Origin: a virus
Lineage: Duplodnaviria; Caudoviricetes
Virus record (IMG/VR): IMGVR_UViG_3300044694_000083
Span: 31,780-95,779 of that record
Length of the DNA stretch: 64,000 nucleotides
Strand: one strand, 5' to 3'
Shown here: one piece after another, positions 9,072 to 19,523 of the stretch
Numbering within the stretch: the stretch's first letter is position 1
How the letters are laid out: each line of letters opens with the position of its first letter
Made by a program: the position numbers and the translations under genes
The notes under the pieces: generated by a model
Told to the model about the DNA's origin: nothing
The model's input: only the letters and a program-made list of their open reading frames with translations
Databases searched by the model: none

Positions 9072-11825
9072 ATGGCTGCTATTACACTGCGCCCGTACCA
9101 GGAAGCGGGCGTTGCCTCCATTCGTGATGCGTTCCGGCGCAAGAACTACCCCGTGCTGTTCGTCCTTCCGACGGGCGGCGGCAAATGCCTCGGCAAGGGC
9201 ACTCCCGTGCTCATGTTCGACGGCACGATCAAACCTGTCGAAGATGTCAAGGTCGGCGACCTGCTGATGGGGCCTGACAGCAATCCCCGCACGGTGCTCT
9301 CGCTGGCGCGCGGCCGCGAGCCGCTGTACCGCGTGACGCCGACAAAGGGCGACCCGTATGTAGTCAACGAGAGCCACATTCTGAGCCTGAAGCGCACCAG
9401 CACGCACAAGGACCCGAAGTATCCAAGCCAGGCGCGCGGCGGCGAGATCGTCAACATCGGCGTGCGCGACTACCTGGCCAAGAGCTCGACTTTCAAGCAT
9501 GTTCACAAAGGCTGGCGCGCCGGTGTCGAATTCGCACAACACCAGTTTGAGCCTGCCATCGAGCCGTATTTCCTCGGGATCTGGCTGGGTGACGGGCACT
9601 CGCATATCGCCAACATCACAACCGGGGATGAGGAGATCGTTCAATACCTGATCGACTACGCCGGCCGCATTGGCATGAAGGTCAGCTGGCTCGACAACAG
9701 CGAGCGGTCGATCGTTGTCCAGATGCAGGGCATAGAAATGACAGGCCGCGGCGGCACGGCGCTCATGAATGCGCTGCGTGAGCACGACCTGATCCGCAAC
9801 AAGCACATCCCGCATCGGTACCTGACCGGGTCGCGCGAGGAGCGTCTTCAGGTCCTAGCTGGTATTATCGACACAGACGGCCACTACACCAGAAAGGGCT
9901 ACGACATCGCGCTCGGCAGTGAGCGACTGATGGACGACCTGATCTTCGTGGCGCGCTCGCTCGGTTTCTCCGCCTACAAGGCGCCCTGCCGCAAGACCTG
10001 CCACAACAATGGCGTGACGGGCAACTACTGGCGGTGCATCATCTCGGGCGACGTCGACCAGATCCCATGCCGCCTGCCTCGTAAGCAGGCCGCGAAGCGC
10101 CGCCAAGTCAAGGACGTGCTGGTCACTGGCATCAAGGTCGAGCCGATCGGCGATGGCGATTACTACGGCTTCGAGATCGACGGCGACCACCTGTTCATGC
10201 TGGGCGACTTCACCGTCACCCACAACACGTACACATTCAGCTATATCGCTGCCAGCGCGGCCGAGAAGGCGAACAACGTCATCATCATCGTGCACCGCAA
10301 GGAGTTGCTGCTGCAGGCCTCCGCGTCACTGCGCAATCTCGGCATCGACCATGGCCTGATCAGCCCACACTTCACTCCGGCACCGCACAAGATGGTCCAG
10401 GTCGCCAGCATCGACACGCTGCTGATTCGCCTGAAGAAGTACATCGACCGCGCGGAGGCGGCAGCAGCAGCCGGCAAGCCGATCCCGCCGAACCCATATG
10501 CATTCAAGCTCTGCATCTTCGACGAGGCGCACCACGTCATCCTGGCGAACAAATGGGGCAAGGTGTTCGAGCTCCTGGGGCGCCCGATCACGCTGGGTGT
10601 GACGGCCACGCCGATCCGCGGCGACGGCACCGGCTTGGGCGACGGCCACGGCGGGATCTTTAAGGAGATGGTCGTCGGGCCGCTGGTCGCCGAGCTGATC
10701 CAGATCGGCATGCTGATCAACCCGACCGTCTACACCTGCTTGTCGCCGCCCGACTTCTCGGACCTGAAGGCGAACAAGGAGGGCGACTACAATGCGCGCG
10801 AGGTCGAGGAACGCGTGGACAGGCCCGTCATCATCGGGTCGGCCGTTGAGCACTACAAGGAAGTCTGCCCGGGCGCGACCGCGATCGTCTTCTGTGCCTC
10901 GATCAAGCACGCCAAGCACGTCGTCGAGGAATTCAATGCGGCCGGGTTCAAATTCGCGCTGCTGGTTGGTGAGCCAGAGATGAGCGACGCCGAGCGCACC
11001 GAGGTGAATCGCAAACTGGCCGCCGGCGAGCTGCACGGCGCGTGCACGGTAGCGCTGGTCGACGAGGGCTACGATCTTCCAGCGCTCCAGTGCTGTATCG
11101 GTCTGGCGCCGACGGCATCTCTGTCGCGGTACCTGCAGCGTGTCGGCCGGATCATGCGGCCGGCGCCCGGCAAAAGCTCGGACAACACCTGGTATCTCGA
11201 CCATGTCGGCGACGTCGGCCGCCAGATAGATGGCGTGTTCAAGCGCAAGCACGGCTTGCCTGGCGACCTGCGCGAGTGGAGCCTGGAGGGGCGCCAGAAG
11301 GGCAAGAAAAAGAAGGACGAGGACGACGAGGTCAAAATGCTCCAGTGCCCGAAGTGCTTCCACGTGCACGACCCGGCGCCGGCCTGCCCGAAGTGCCAGC
11401 ACGTCTACGAGACGGCCGCGCCGCGCCAGATCGAGCAAGTCGACGGCAAGCTGACCAAGGTCGACGCCGAACTCGAGGCGCAGATAAGCCGCGCGAACCG
11501 CATCGCGCAGGCGCAGGCGACGACGGTATCTGAGATGGTCGACACGCTCGGCTACAGCCGCCAGCGCGCGCACGCGATCATGAAGGCGCGCCAGGAAAAG
11601 CAGGCACTGCGCGACGCGCTGCGCGACGACCTGGTCGCTTGGCAGAAGGAGGCCGGACAGAGCCCGCACCAGGTGCTGGGCATCTACCTGGGCGACATCA
11701 ACTCGCTGAAGCCGGCCGAACTGAAAGCGCTGCGCGAGCGCTTCGACGAGCACAAGCGGCTGCACAACAACGAACAGGCGGTCAGCGTATTCCGTGCGCA
11801 CGCCAATCAAGAACTGAATTTCTAA
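9072..11825 (+). CDS. SF2 DEAH helicase (RadD/YejH-like) with intein and Zn ribbon
   Basis: LRPYQ, PTGGGK|T, DEAHH, TATP, QRVGR, CPKC..CPKC. Confidence 0.92.
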   Translation: MAAITLRPYQEAGVASIRDAFRRKNYPVLFVLPTGGGKCLGKGTPVLMFDGTIKPVEDVKVGDLLMGPDSNPRTVLSLARGREPLYRVTPTKGDPYVVNESHILSLKRTSTHKDPKYPSQARGGEIVNIGVRDYLAKSSTFKHVHKGWRAGVEFAQHQFEPAIEPYFLGIWLGDGHSHIANITTGDEEIVQYLIDYAGRIGMKVSWLDNSERSIVVQMQGIEMTGRGGTALMNALREHDLIRNKHIPHRYLTGSREERLQVLAGIIDTDGHYTRKGYDIALGSERLMDDLIFVARSLGFSAYKAPCRKTCHNNGVTGNYWRCIISGDVDQIPCRLPRKQAAKRRQVKDVLVTGIKVEPIGDGDYYGFEIDGDHLFMLGDFTVTHNTYTFSYIAASAAEKANNVIIIVHRKELLLQASASLRNLGIDHGLISPHFTPAPHKMVQVASIDTLLIRLKKYIDRAEAAAAAGKPIPPNPYAFKLCIFDEAHHVILANKWGKVFELLGRPITLGVTATPIRGDGTGLGDGHGGIFKEMVVGPLVAELIQIGMLINPTVYTCLSPPDFSDLKANKEGDYNAREVEERVDRPVIIGSAVEHYKEVCPGATAIVFCASIKHAKHVVEEFNAAGFKFALLVGEPEMSDAERTEVNRKLAAGELHGACTVALVDEGYDLPALQCCIGLAPTASLSRYLQRVGRIMRPAPGKSSDNTWYLDHVGDVGRQIDGVFKRKHGLPGDLREWSLEGRQKGKKKKDEDDEVKMLQCPKCFHVHDPAPACPKCQHVYETAAPRQIEQVDGKLTKVDAELEAQISRANRIAQAQATTVSEMVDTLGYSRQRAHAIMKARQEKQALRDALRDDLVAWQKEAGQSPHQVLGIYLGDINSLKPAELKALRERFDEHKRLHNNEQAVSVFRAHANQELNF
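9186..10226 (+). mobile_element. Intein (347 aa) with LAGLIDADG homing endonuclease
   Basis: Starts CLGKGT, ends VTHN before T; LGIWLGDG and LAGIIDTDG blocks. Confidence 0.93.
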
Positions 11826-11855
11826 CTGCGGCACGCCGCACAACAGGGGGCATCA

Positions 11856-12308
11856 ATGGCATCAGTCAACAAGGTCACGATTCTGGGTAACTTGGGGCGC
11901 GACCCCGAAGTGAAGTACATGCCCAGCGGCGACGCGATCGCGAACATCGCGGTTGCGACCAGTTATAAGACCAAGGACAAGAACACCGGTGAGTCGAAGG
12001 AATTCACCGAGTGGCACCGCATCTCGTTCTTCGGCCGCCTGGCTGAAGTCGTCGGCCAGTACATGAAGAAGGGCAGCAGCATCTATGTCGAGGGCCGTCT
12101 ACAGACGCGCAAGTACACTGACAAGGACGGCATCGAGCGTTACGTGACCGAGATCGTGGGCGAGAACATGCAAATGCTTGGCGGTGGCGGCCAGGGTGGC
12201 GACAGCGGCGGCCAGGCGCCGGCGCAGCGTCAGCAGCAGCGCCCCGCACAGGCGCCAGCGGGCCGCCCGCAGTCGCGTCCGGCTGACACCGATGATATTC
12301 CGTTCTGA
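11856..12308 (+). CDS. ssb: Single-stranded DNA-binding protein
   Basis: [27 protein letters not shown]. Confidence 0.97.
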   Translation: MASVNKVTILGNLGRDPEVKYMPSGDAIANIAVATSYKTKDKNTGESKEFTEWHRISFFGRLAEVVGQYMKKGSSIYVEGRLQTRKYTDKDGIERYVTEIVGENMQMLGGGGQGGDSGGQAPAQRQQQRPAQAPAGRPQSRPADTDDIPF

Positions 12309-12314
12309 TCAGAA

Positions 12315-12542
12315 ATGATCAATATCGAACAGCGACTCGACCCGGTAGTCGAAGCAAACCGGGCTCTCCTGCTCCAGCGCTCGCAGGTCGGAATCGTCAA
12401 GTACGGCGTCACGCTGGCCGAATCCAGGTTGTCCGAACGGGCGCTGGTGCAGCACGCGCTCGAGGAGGCACTGGACCTGGCGAACTACCTGCAGGCCAGG
12501 CTGATGCAGATCGATGCGGCGGCCGCGGGCGGTGGCGCGTGA
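12315..12542 (+). CDS. Conserved phage hypothetical protein
   Basis: GIVKYGVTL..HALEEALDLANY. Confidence 0.65.
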   Translation: MINIEQRLDPVVEANRALLLQRSQVGIVKYGVTLAESRLSERALVQHALEEALDLANYLQARLMQIDAAAAGGGA

Positions 12543-12991
12543 GCCGCGAGAACCCTGTACAGCGCGCCGGCTGGCTGCGCGCGGCCCGGCACGCTGTACT
12601 CTGGCGCCTGAACACGGGCAAGGCCTGGTTGTCTGGACTGGGCCCGCGCGGCGTGCACTGGGCGCCCGACCGGAGTCACGTGCGCATCGATGCGGCGCGC
12701 CCGATCGCAGTCGGCCTGGGCATGGTCAACGGCGACCCGGTCGTCGGCGCTGGCGACCTGCTGGGCCGACTCTCGATCGTCATCACGCCGGAGATGGTCG
12801 GGCAGACGGTTGCAGTCTTCTGCTCGCTGGAGGCCAAGCGCACCACTGGCGGCCGCGTCAGCGAGGAGCAATCCAACTGGGGTGAGCAGACCACGAACGC
12901 TGGCGGAATCTACGGCGTCTTCCGGTCCGAAGAAGAGGCCGAACGCATCATCTTGGACTGGTGCGAAAAAAGAGGCGCAAAGCTGCCATAG
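12539..12991 (+). CDS. VRR-NUC nuclease
   Basis: WRLNTG, GDLLG, LEAK, SEEQ..W..AGG pattern. Confidence 0.8.
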   Translation: MSRENPVQRAGWLRAARHAVLWRLNTGKAWLSGLGPRGVHWAPDRSHVRIDAARPIAVGLGMVNGDPVVGAGDLLGRLSIVITPEMVGQTVAVFCSLEAKRTTGGRVSEEQSNWGEQTTNAGGIYGVFRSEEEAERIILDWCEKRGAKLP

Positions 12992-13172
12992 CTTGCTCAA
13001 ATACGGTTACAATCAGGATTCTTCACGGAAATTCCCAGTTTGCTTGCCGGCCTCATCGCATGCGGCTGGTAATGTTTCAAGGACGGGGGAGAGGTAGCTC
13101 CTCTGGCGCTACTGCTGGCGCCCTTTGCCCCCGTCTTCTTTTTCAGCAGGTACGTCCCACAGCAGAAGGACC

Positions 13173-16070
13173 ATGGCCAAATTACCAGACGAGGTTGTTA
13201 AAAAGGCGCGCGAGGCAGACATCGTAAATCTCATTGAGAATTACGGCGTCAAGCTCGATCGAGCCGGTCACGAATTCAAAGCGCTGTGCCCATTCCACAG
13301 CGAGAAGTCTCCTAGCTTTACGGTTACTCCGGACGTCGAGAACTCTGGTCTAGGCCGTTACCACTGCTTCGGCTGTGGTGCAGCAGGAGGGACCATTCAG
13401 TTCGTAATGGACTATGAGTCTGTCGATTTTCGCACCGCGGTTGAGAAGATCACAGGCGTGGTCGAGACAGACACAGCCCCGCGAGAACGTCGCACCATAG
13501 AACGCGAGCAGCAAGACCTGTGGCTGCCGCTGTCAGTCGTACCGGAGAGGGCGCCGAAGCCCAAGGACATTTTTAACAAGCAGATCAGCGGGCGCTGGAC
13601 GAAGCTGAAGCCAGCCGGCCGCTGGGAGTACTTTGACCCGGCCGGCGGCCTGATTGGCTACATCTACCGCTTCGACCTGCCCGGCGGCGGCAAGGAAGTG
13701 ATTCCGCAGACGTACTGTGTCAACCAGACCACGGGCGAGATGGAGTGGAAGTGGCAGTCGTTCGGCAAGCCGCGCCCTATCTACGGTCTCAACCGCTTGG
13801 CTGCCAATCCGGACGCCCAGGTCCTGGTCGTCGAGGGCGAGAAGGCCTGCGACGCCGCGCGCGCGCTGTTCCTGGCGGCAGGCGTGCCCGAGTCGAAATT
13901 GGTCGTGGCCAGCTGGCCGGGTGGCGGCAAAGCCATCAAGCATTGCGACTGGACGCCTTTGTACCGGCGCCGGGTGGCGCTGTGGCGCGACGCCGACCAG
14001 AAGCCCTATCCGGACATCCATGCACTGGCCGGCCAGATGATGCCGTACCTCGAGCAGCCGGGCACCATCGCCATGCGCGACATCTACATGGCAATCCGTC
14101 CGCACTGCGATACCATCAAGGTGGTCCCGGATCCGGTCGGCGTGCCGGACGGCTGGGACCTGGCGGACGAGGCGCCAGCGGGCTTCAACCTGCTGGCGCA
14201 CATGAAGACGGCGCGCCCGGCTGCCGAGGTCTATGTCGACCCGGTTCCGGAGCAGGAGACAGAACTCGAGCGGGATACCGTAGCATCACGCGAGGTTCCG
14301 CCGTGGGACGACGAGGCCTCATTTCCTGCCGAGTCCGCTGCCGCGCCGCCTGCACCAGTGAAGGAGGCGCCGCCGCATGCCGATGACGGCGACAAGTTCG
14401 AAGACCCAGCCTTGACGCAAAACGGCTACTTCCGCGTGCTGGGCTACGACCATGAGCGCTTCTACTTCCTGCAGTATGAGAAGTGCCAGATCATGGTCTA
14501 CACCAAGTCCGATTTCAGCGAGCCGGGCCTAATCGAGCTCGCGCCGTTGGACTGGTGGGAGGGCTATTTCCCGGGCGGGAAAAACCAGAACGGCATCGAC
14601 AAGCGCGCCGCCATGAACTGGCTCGTGCGCACGGCTCACAAGCGCGGCGTGTACAGCATGACGCGTCTGCGCGGCCGCGGCGGCTGGACTGACAAGGGTC
14701 GCATCGTGTTCCACCATGGCGACTTCCTCACGGTCGACGGCAAGCGCCTGCCGATCGCCAAGATGGACAGCTTCTACGTCTACGAGATGGCCGAGGCCCT
14801 GCCGGATATCCCAGAGCGCGCCATGACCTGCGAGGAAGGGCGCGACCTGCTCGACCTGGCGTCGATATTCCGCTGGGCGAAGCCGGCATCGGCCGCGCTG
14901 CTGGCCGGCTGGGTGGCGCTGGCGCCGATCGGCGGCGTCATCAAGTGGCGCCCGCACATCTGGCTGACCGGCGGCGCCGGATCCGGCAAGACGACCGTGC
15001 TCAATGCGTTCGTGCACCATCTCATGAACGGTATGGACCTGTTCGCCCAAGGTAATTCGACTGAGGCCGGCATGCGCCAGGAGCTCAAGGGCGACGCGCG
15101 GCCGGTGCTGTTCGACGAGTCTGAAAGCCAGGAGGAGCGCGAGCGCCTGCGCATCCAGCAGGTGCTCGCCATGATCCGCCAGGCATCGAGCGAGAGCCAG
15201 GCGAAGACCTACAAGGGCACGGCCGGCGGCGACGCCATGGCCTTCCACATCCGGTCCATGTTCTGCCTGGCCTCGATCCAGGTCGGCATCAAGTACCAAG
15301 CTGACATCGAGCGTATGACGGTGTTGGCGCTGCAGCCAAAGCACACGGATCCAGAGCCGGAGGAGACCTGGAAGCGCATGAGTGAGGCGCTGTACGTCAT
15401 GCAGCGCGATGAATCGCTGCCGGGCCGCCTCATTCGCCGTTCGCTGGACCTGCTGCCGATCACGCTCAAGAACATCGCGACGTTCTCCGAGGCCGCGGCG
15501 ATCCGCTTCGGCAGTCAGCGCGACGGCGACCAGTACGGCACGCTACTGGCCGGCGCCTGGTCGCTGATCTCGCGCGAGCTGGCCACGCGCGAGGCCGCGC
15601 TGATGATGATCGACATGTACGACTGGTCCGAGCACCGCGAGAACAACGAGACCGACGAGGGCGAGCGCGCGCTGGCCTCGCTCATGGGTGCGCTGGTGCG
15701 CATCTCCGGATCGGCGGAGGTGACCGTCAACGAGCTGATCCGGACGGCGAAGAGCTACCACGTCGATGGAATTACGATGACCAACGCCAGCGCCGAAGCG
15801 GTGCTGCAGCGCCATGGCATGCGCATCGACGGCAATCGCCTGGTGTTGTCGAACTCGTCGGGCGAGCTCAGGCGCCTGATGTCCGGCACGCCGTTCGAGT
15901 CCGACCTGCGCGGCGTGCTGCTGCGCCTGCGCGGCGCCGATCGCTACAACAACCGGTCGGTGAAATTCAACGGCGTGAACTCGAAGGCAATCTCGATTCC
16001 GCTCGATGGGCTGCTCGACGACGATCCGGTTTTGCCTGTGCCGGCCGACGATGACCGGGTGCCGTTCTGA
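13173..16070 (+). CDS. Primase-helicase (CHC2 Zn finger, TOPRIM, P-loop helicase)
   Basis: CPFHSEKSPSF..CFGCG; VVEGEKACDA; GWDLAD; GGAGSGKTT; LFDESE. Confidence 0.9.
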   Translation: MAKLPDEVVKKAREADIVNLIENYGVKLDRAGHEFKALCPFHSEKSPSFTVTPDVENSGLGRYHCFGCGAAGGTIQFVMDYESVDFRTAVEKITGVVETDTAPRERRTIEREQQDLWLPLSVVPERAPKPKDIFNKQISGRWTKLKPAGRWEYFDPAGGLIGYIYRFDLPGGGKEVIPQTYCVNQTTGEMEWKWQSFGKPRPIYGLNRLAANPDAQVLVVEGEKACDAARALFLAAGVPESKLVVASWPGGGKAIKHCDWTPLYRRRVALWRDADQKPYPDIHALAGQMMPYLEQPGTIAMRDIYMAIRPHCDTIKVVPDPVGVPDGWDLADEAPAGFNLLAHMKTARPAAEVYVDPVPEQETELERDTVASREVPPWDDEASFPAESAAAPPAPVKEAPPHADDGDKFEDPALTQNGYFRVLGYDHERFYFLQYEKCQIMVYTKSDFSEPGLIELAPLDWWEGYFPGGKNQNGIDKRAAMNWLVRTAHKRGVYSMTRLRGRGGWTDKGRIVFHHGDFLTVDGKRLPIAKMDSFYVYEMAEALPDIPERAMTCEEGRDLLDLASIFRWAKPASAALLAGWVALAPIGGVIKWRPHIWLTGGAGSGKTTVLNAFVHHLMNGMDLFAQGNSTEAGMRQELKGDARPVLFDESESQEERERLRIQQVLAMIRQASSESQAKTYKGTAGGDAMAFHIRSMFCLASIQVGIKYQADIERMTVLALQPKHTDPEPEETWKRMSEALYVMQRDESLPGRLIRRSLDLLPITLKNIATFSEAAAIRFGSQRDGDQYGTLLAGAWSLISRELATREAALMMIDMYDWSEHRENNETDEGERALASLMGALVRISGSAEVTVNELIRTAKSYHVDGITMTNASAEAVLQRHGMRIDGNRLVLSNSSGELRRLMSGTPFESDLRGVLLRLRGADRYNNRSVKFNGVNSKAISIPLDGLLDDDPVLPVPADDDRVPF

Positions 16071-16444
16071 TGGCCGCCGCGATCACCGTCACCGGGAAGT
16101 TCGTCAAGGACTTCGAATTTTACTGCGCTCGCGCCGGGATCCTCGGCCGCGAGCAGCAGCAGCTGCGCGACGCGGTGCGGCGCGACTTCGCGACCGTCGG
16201 CACGTGGGTGGCCGAGATGGCGGACGTTTATCGCTTCATGGATGAGACCTGGGGCTATATGCCGTCGGTCGAGTACTGCCAGGGTTACCTGGCGGCGCGC
16301 GGTTGGTGGCCGGAGGATGAGACTGTCTTCCAGCGCTGTGGCATCCTGCTGCTCGTGCGCCTGTGCGCGCAGGCCGCCGGCGTCATTCCGCCGGACGCAT
16401 CCCAAACAAGGCTGCCGTCACCGGATCCGGCTCCGGAATCCTGA
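16070..16444 (+). CDS. Hypothetical protein
   Basis: TGATG coupling to primase. Confidence 0.6.
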   Translation: MAAAITVTGKFVKDFEFYCARAGILGREQQQLRDAVRRDFATVGTWVAEMADVYRFMDETWGYMPSVEYCQGYLAARGWWPEDETVFQRCGILLLVRLCAQAAGVIPPDASQTRLPSPDPAPES

Positions 16445-16736
16445 ACGGCTGCGGCGCGCGGGAGATCGCAGGATCGCTCTTTTTCGCGCGCGGCAGTCGC
16501 ACGTCCTTCCCTTTCCCAAACCGGTAAATCGGCTCGCCAGCGTATGGCGTGTGCCCGCATATGTGGATCAGCTTGTGGTCGCGCAGGTACTGGATCGCGC
16601 TTCGGGTATTACTCTCTCGGCGCCCGTTCAGGTCGACCAGCTCGGCAAGCGACCGGTCGAATTGCTCAATGGCGCGCAGAAGGACGAACGCCCTCTCGTG
16701 GAGGGGCGTCTTCGGGGTGGGAATCGTGGTGGTCAT
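16383..16736 (-). CDS. Putative winged-helix protein
   Basis: SLAELVDL..TRSAIQYLRDHKLIH. Confidence 0.5.
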   Translation of the reverse strand: MTTTIPTPKTPLHERAFVLLRAIEQFDRSLAELVDLNGRRESNTRSAIQYLRDHKLIHICGHTPYAGEPIYRFGKGKDVRLPRAKKSDPAISRAPQPFRIPEPDPVTAALFGMRPAE

Positions 16737-16932
16737 GATCTCGGGCGGGTGGTGCCGGAGACCCGTCCGGCGCGGCTACAGGGCCCGCCGGCCCTGAGTT
16801 ATAAATGGTGCTGTCACGGAGCGCGGCGTGACCAGAGCGGGTCGTCAAGCAGGCAGACGGCCAGGATGCACAGGGCGAGGCCGAGCCAGCAGACCCACAG
16901 GTTGCGGTCGAGGAAAGCGAACAGGCGCGCGA

Positions 16933-17175
16933 TCATACGGCCTCCGCGTCGGTGAGAGCTTCGGTGGCGATCTTCGCGAACACGTCGCGGCCTGGGGCGT
17001 TGGCGGCCAGCTCGATTATCGTACGCATGGCCGCGACGAGGGTTTCATGCGCGTTACAGGACTTGGCTACGTAGGCAGCCATCTCTGGCGATGCGCACTC
17101 GGCTTTGATGATCGCGCTCTCGGTCGTATGAACGTTCTTTCCGTCTGCTTTCAGCTTGGAGTGGAAGGGTTTCAT
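16933..17175 (-). CDS. Hypothetical protein
   Basis: AAGGA RBS; CNAHETLVAA phage-type motif. Confidence 0.6.
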   Translation of the reverse strand: MKPFHSKLKADGKNVHTTESAIIKAECASPEMAAYVAKSCNAHETLVAAMRTIIELAANAPGRDVFAKIATEALTDAEAV

Positions 17176-17221
17176 ATGGTCCTTTCGTCATGCGCCCACC
17201 GAAGCGGGCGCGGGGTTGGTG

Positions 17222-17422
17222 TTAGGCGGCGGCGCGGGCGCAATCCGAACGGTGGCGCGCAAACGAATGGGCCTCGCCGAACTGCTGGCGGGTTGCGATT
17301 ACTTCGCCGTCAGCGCCGTCCGTGATGCGGTAGTCGTTTTTGCCAGCATGCCAAACGGTGAAATGGCCGGCAGCGCCTGCGAACTTCCAACCTTCTGCGC
17401 GTTGCGGGATTTTCTTTGCCAT
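17222..17422 (-). CDS. Hypothetical protein
   Basis: GGAG RBS, downstream of AT-rich promoter. Confidence 0.55.
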   Translation of the reverse strand: MAKKIPQRAEGWKFAGAAGHFTVWHAGKNDYRITDGADGEVIATRQQFGEAHSFARHRSDCARAAA

Positions 17423-17518
17423 GTTCTTCTCCAGTTCTCGCCGCGCCCAGTGCGCCGCCCATGTAAGTAATATACATCAAATTTGATACACTGTGTCGGT
17501 TTGTTGCTGCGATGACGC

Positions 17519-17552
17519 AAAAAAGCCCGGGTACCATCTGGTATCCCGGGCT
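17519..17552 (-). terminator. Intrinsic terminator after thyA
   Basis: A-run then GCCCGGG..CCCGGGC hairpin. Confidence 0.7.
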
Positions 17553-17571
17553 ATCCTGGCGCGCGGCCGCG

Positions 17572-18435
17572 TCAGCCGGTGACCATCTCCACGCGCGGCG
17601 CCTTGAGATCCGTGCACTGGTAGCCGATCAGCCGAATGTCGTACGGATTGACCGCTGCCAGCTCGTCGGCCGTGGCGCCGAAAAGCTGCGGGTAAATCTG
17701 GAGCACCGGCGGCGCAAGGTGCTCGTTGCCCAGCTGCTCGCGCACGGCGTCGATCGCGTTCTCGTAGATGTGTGGCTCGTCGATGTGGTGCGTCAGCCAG
17801 CGCGGGCGCAGGCCGGTAGCGGCCGCGAACAGGTGCAGCAGCAGCGCGGCGCCGGCAATGTTCATGGGCACGCCAAGGAACATGTCGGCCGAGCGCTGGT
17901 ACATCGACATGTTGAGCTCGCCGGCCGCGACGTTCACCTGGAAGCGGTAGAGCACGTGGCAGGGCGGCAGGGCCATCTTTTCCAGCTCGTCAGGGTTCCA
18001 TGCGCTGAAGAGGATTCGTCGGCTCGTCGGGTTAGTGCGGATCGCGTCGAGCGCTGCCTGGACCTGGTCGATGTACGTTCCGTCGGCGCGGGGCCAGCGG
18101 CGCCACAGGTAGCCGTACACGTGGCCGAGGTCGCCCGGGCCCTTGCGGTAGGGACTGCTGAGCCATTCGGTGTTGGTGTTCGCGTCCTTGCGCCACCAGC
18201 TGCAGCCGAGCTCGGCGAAGTGCTCGGCGTTCGTGTAGCCGCGCAGGAAACCGATGATCTCGCCACGGATCCCGGCGAAGTGCAGCCGCTTCGTGGTAAT
18301 GGCCGGGAAGCCGTCGCGCATGTCGAAGCGCAGCGTGGTGCCGTAGGGCAGGGTCAGCGCGGCCGAGGTGGTGCGGTTCTCCTGGCGGTAGCCGTTCGTC
18401 AGGACGTCGGAAAGCAGGGCGTGGTATTGGCGCAT
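17572..18435 (-). CDS. thyA: Thymidylate synthase
   Basis: FPAITTK, YGYLWR, SAWNP, ALPPCH, YQRSAD, PMN (Asn, dUMP-type), HIYEN. Confidence 0.93.
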   Translation of the reverse strand: MRQYHALLSDVLTNGYRQENRTTSAALTLPYGTTLRFDMRDGFPAITTKRLHFAGIRGEIIGFLRGYTNAEHFAELGCSWWRKDANTNTEWLSSPYRKGPGDLGHVYGYLWRRWPRADGTYIDQVQAALDAIRTNPTSRRILFSAWNPDELEKMALPPCHVLYRFQVNVAAGELNMSMYQRSADMFLGVPMNIAGAALLLHLFAAATGLRPRWLTHHIDEPHIYENAIDAVREQLGNEHLAPPVLQIYPQLFGATADELAAVNPYDIRLIGYQCTDLKAPRVEMVTG

Positions 18436-18523
18436 GGTCTTTTCAGGTTGGCGCCGGCGGGCCGGCGCTGGTTGGTCGGATGAAGCATCGAAAATTGTAC
18501 ATCACCCGGGCTATTCTGGTAGG

Positions 18524-19039
18524 CTATGTGGTAGCAGCCTCTTTTACGGCGGTCACGATGCGCATGAGGTAGGTCCAGTCGGGATGAGGCTTCTCGGGCA
18601 GCGCGCAGTGCCAGTCGTCGCCGATCAGCTCGACGAGCAGGTTGCTGCGGATGTGGTACGGGTGTTCGAAGTCCATGCTCTCGATCTCGTCCCACATCTC
18701 GCGGGCGCGGCGCTTCGTGATGCCGCTCAGGTAGGCGCGGCGCTCCTTGAGCAGCTCGCGCTTCAGCATCGCTTCGAAGCCGTCCGGGTCGTAGACGCTG
18801 GACTGGATCTCGGCCCCGCGCGCGAGGCAACCGGTCAGGTAGTCGGTGCTGACGCTGCGCAGGAACTCGCCCAGCGTGGCGCCCATGCCGCCCCAGTATG
18901 CCGACCACGAGCGGCCGTAGCACTCGACGATCATCTTGCCCTGGTTCGGGCCGAGGTCTTCGAGGAACACGGTGATCGGGTCGAGGCGCGGCACGTCGGT
19001 GATCAGCAGCTTAGTGACCTGGCTGCGCTCGACCTTCAT
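18524..19039 (-). CDS. Conserved phage hypothetical protein
   Basis: LDPITVFLED..CYGRSWSAYWGGMG. Confidence 0.7.
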   Translation of the reverse strand: MKVERSQVTKLLITDVPRLDPITVFLEDLGPNQGKMIVECYGRSWSAYWGGMGATLGEFLRSVSTDYLTGCLARGAEIQSSVYDPDGFEAMLKRELLKERRAYLSGITKRRAREMWDEIESMDFEHPYHIRSNLLVELIGDDWHCALPEKPHPDWTYLMRIVTAVKEAATT

Positions 19040-19458
19040 GCGGCACCTGTGGCGGCCAGGGCGGCGCGGGCATTCGCAAACCATTCGTCCTGGTCGTCTG
19101 CGACAGCTTCGTCGATAGCACGCTGAAGCGCGGCCACCAGCTGCGCCTCGCGGGCCTTGGCGGCGGCGAGCGCAGTGCGCGCTTCGATGCGGTCCTGCTC
19201 CAGCACGACCAGGTCGATTCCGTTGCGCTCGATGTTCTCGGTGCTGAAGGCTTGCAGCGCGTTCCAGCATGCTGCGAGGCGGCGGGCGTCGGCGGCGCTG
19301 ATGGCGTCGAGCTCGTCGCCGACGTGGCCCAGCATGGCGATCAGGCCCTGTGGCTGCCCCTCGATCCCAACGCAGTGTTGCTGTGATGCGCGTCCGTCGA
19401 TCGTGATGATTTCGTTGGTGATGCCGGCCGCGAGGCGGCCCTGGCTGTGGTTGGTCAT
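19036..19458 (-). CDS. Hypothetical protein
   Basis: GAAAGGAAGGT RBS; ARRLAACWNA phage motif. Confidence 0.65.
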   Translation of the reverse strand: MTNHSQGRLAAGITNEIITIDGRASQQHCVGIEGQPQGLIAMLGHVGDELDAISAADARRLAACWNALQAFSTENIERNGIDLVVLEQDRIEARTALAAAKAREAQLVAALQRAIDEAVADDQDEWFANARAALAATGAA

Positions 19459-19523
19459 ACCTTCCTTTCTTTGCGCCAGTGCGGCGCGTGGGAGCCGGCG
19501 GCCGGCCGGCGCGGCGTGTTATG

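Noticed and set aside
17572-18435. thyA as a base-modification (dCMP hydroxymethylase) gene
   Set aside because: Has the Asn typical of dUMP-specific enzymes and no neighbouring modification genes.
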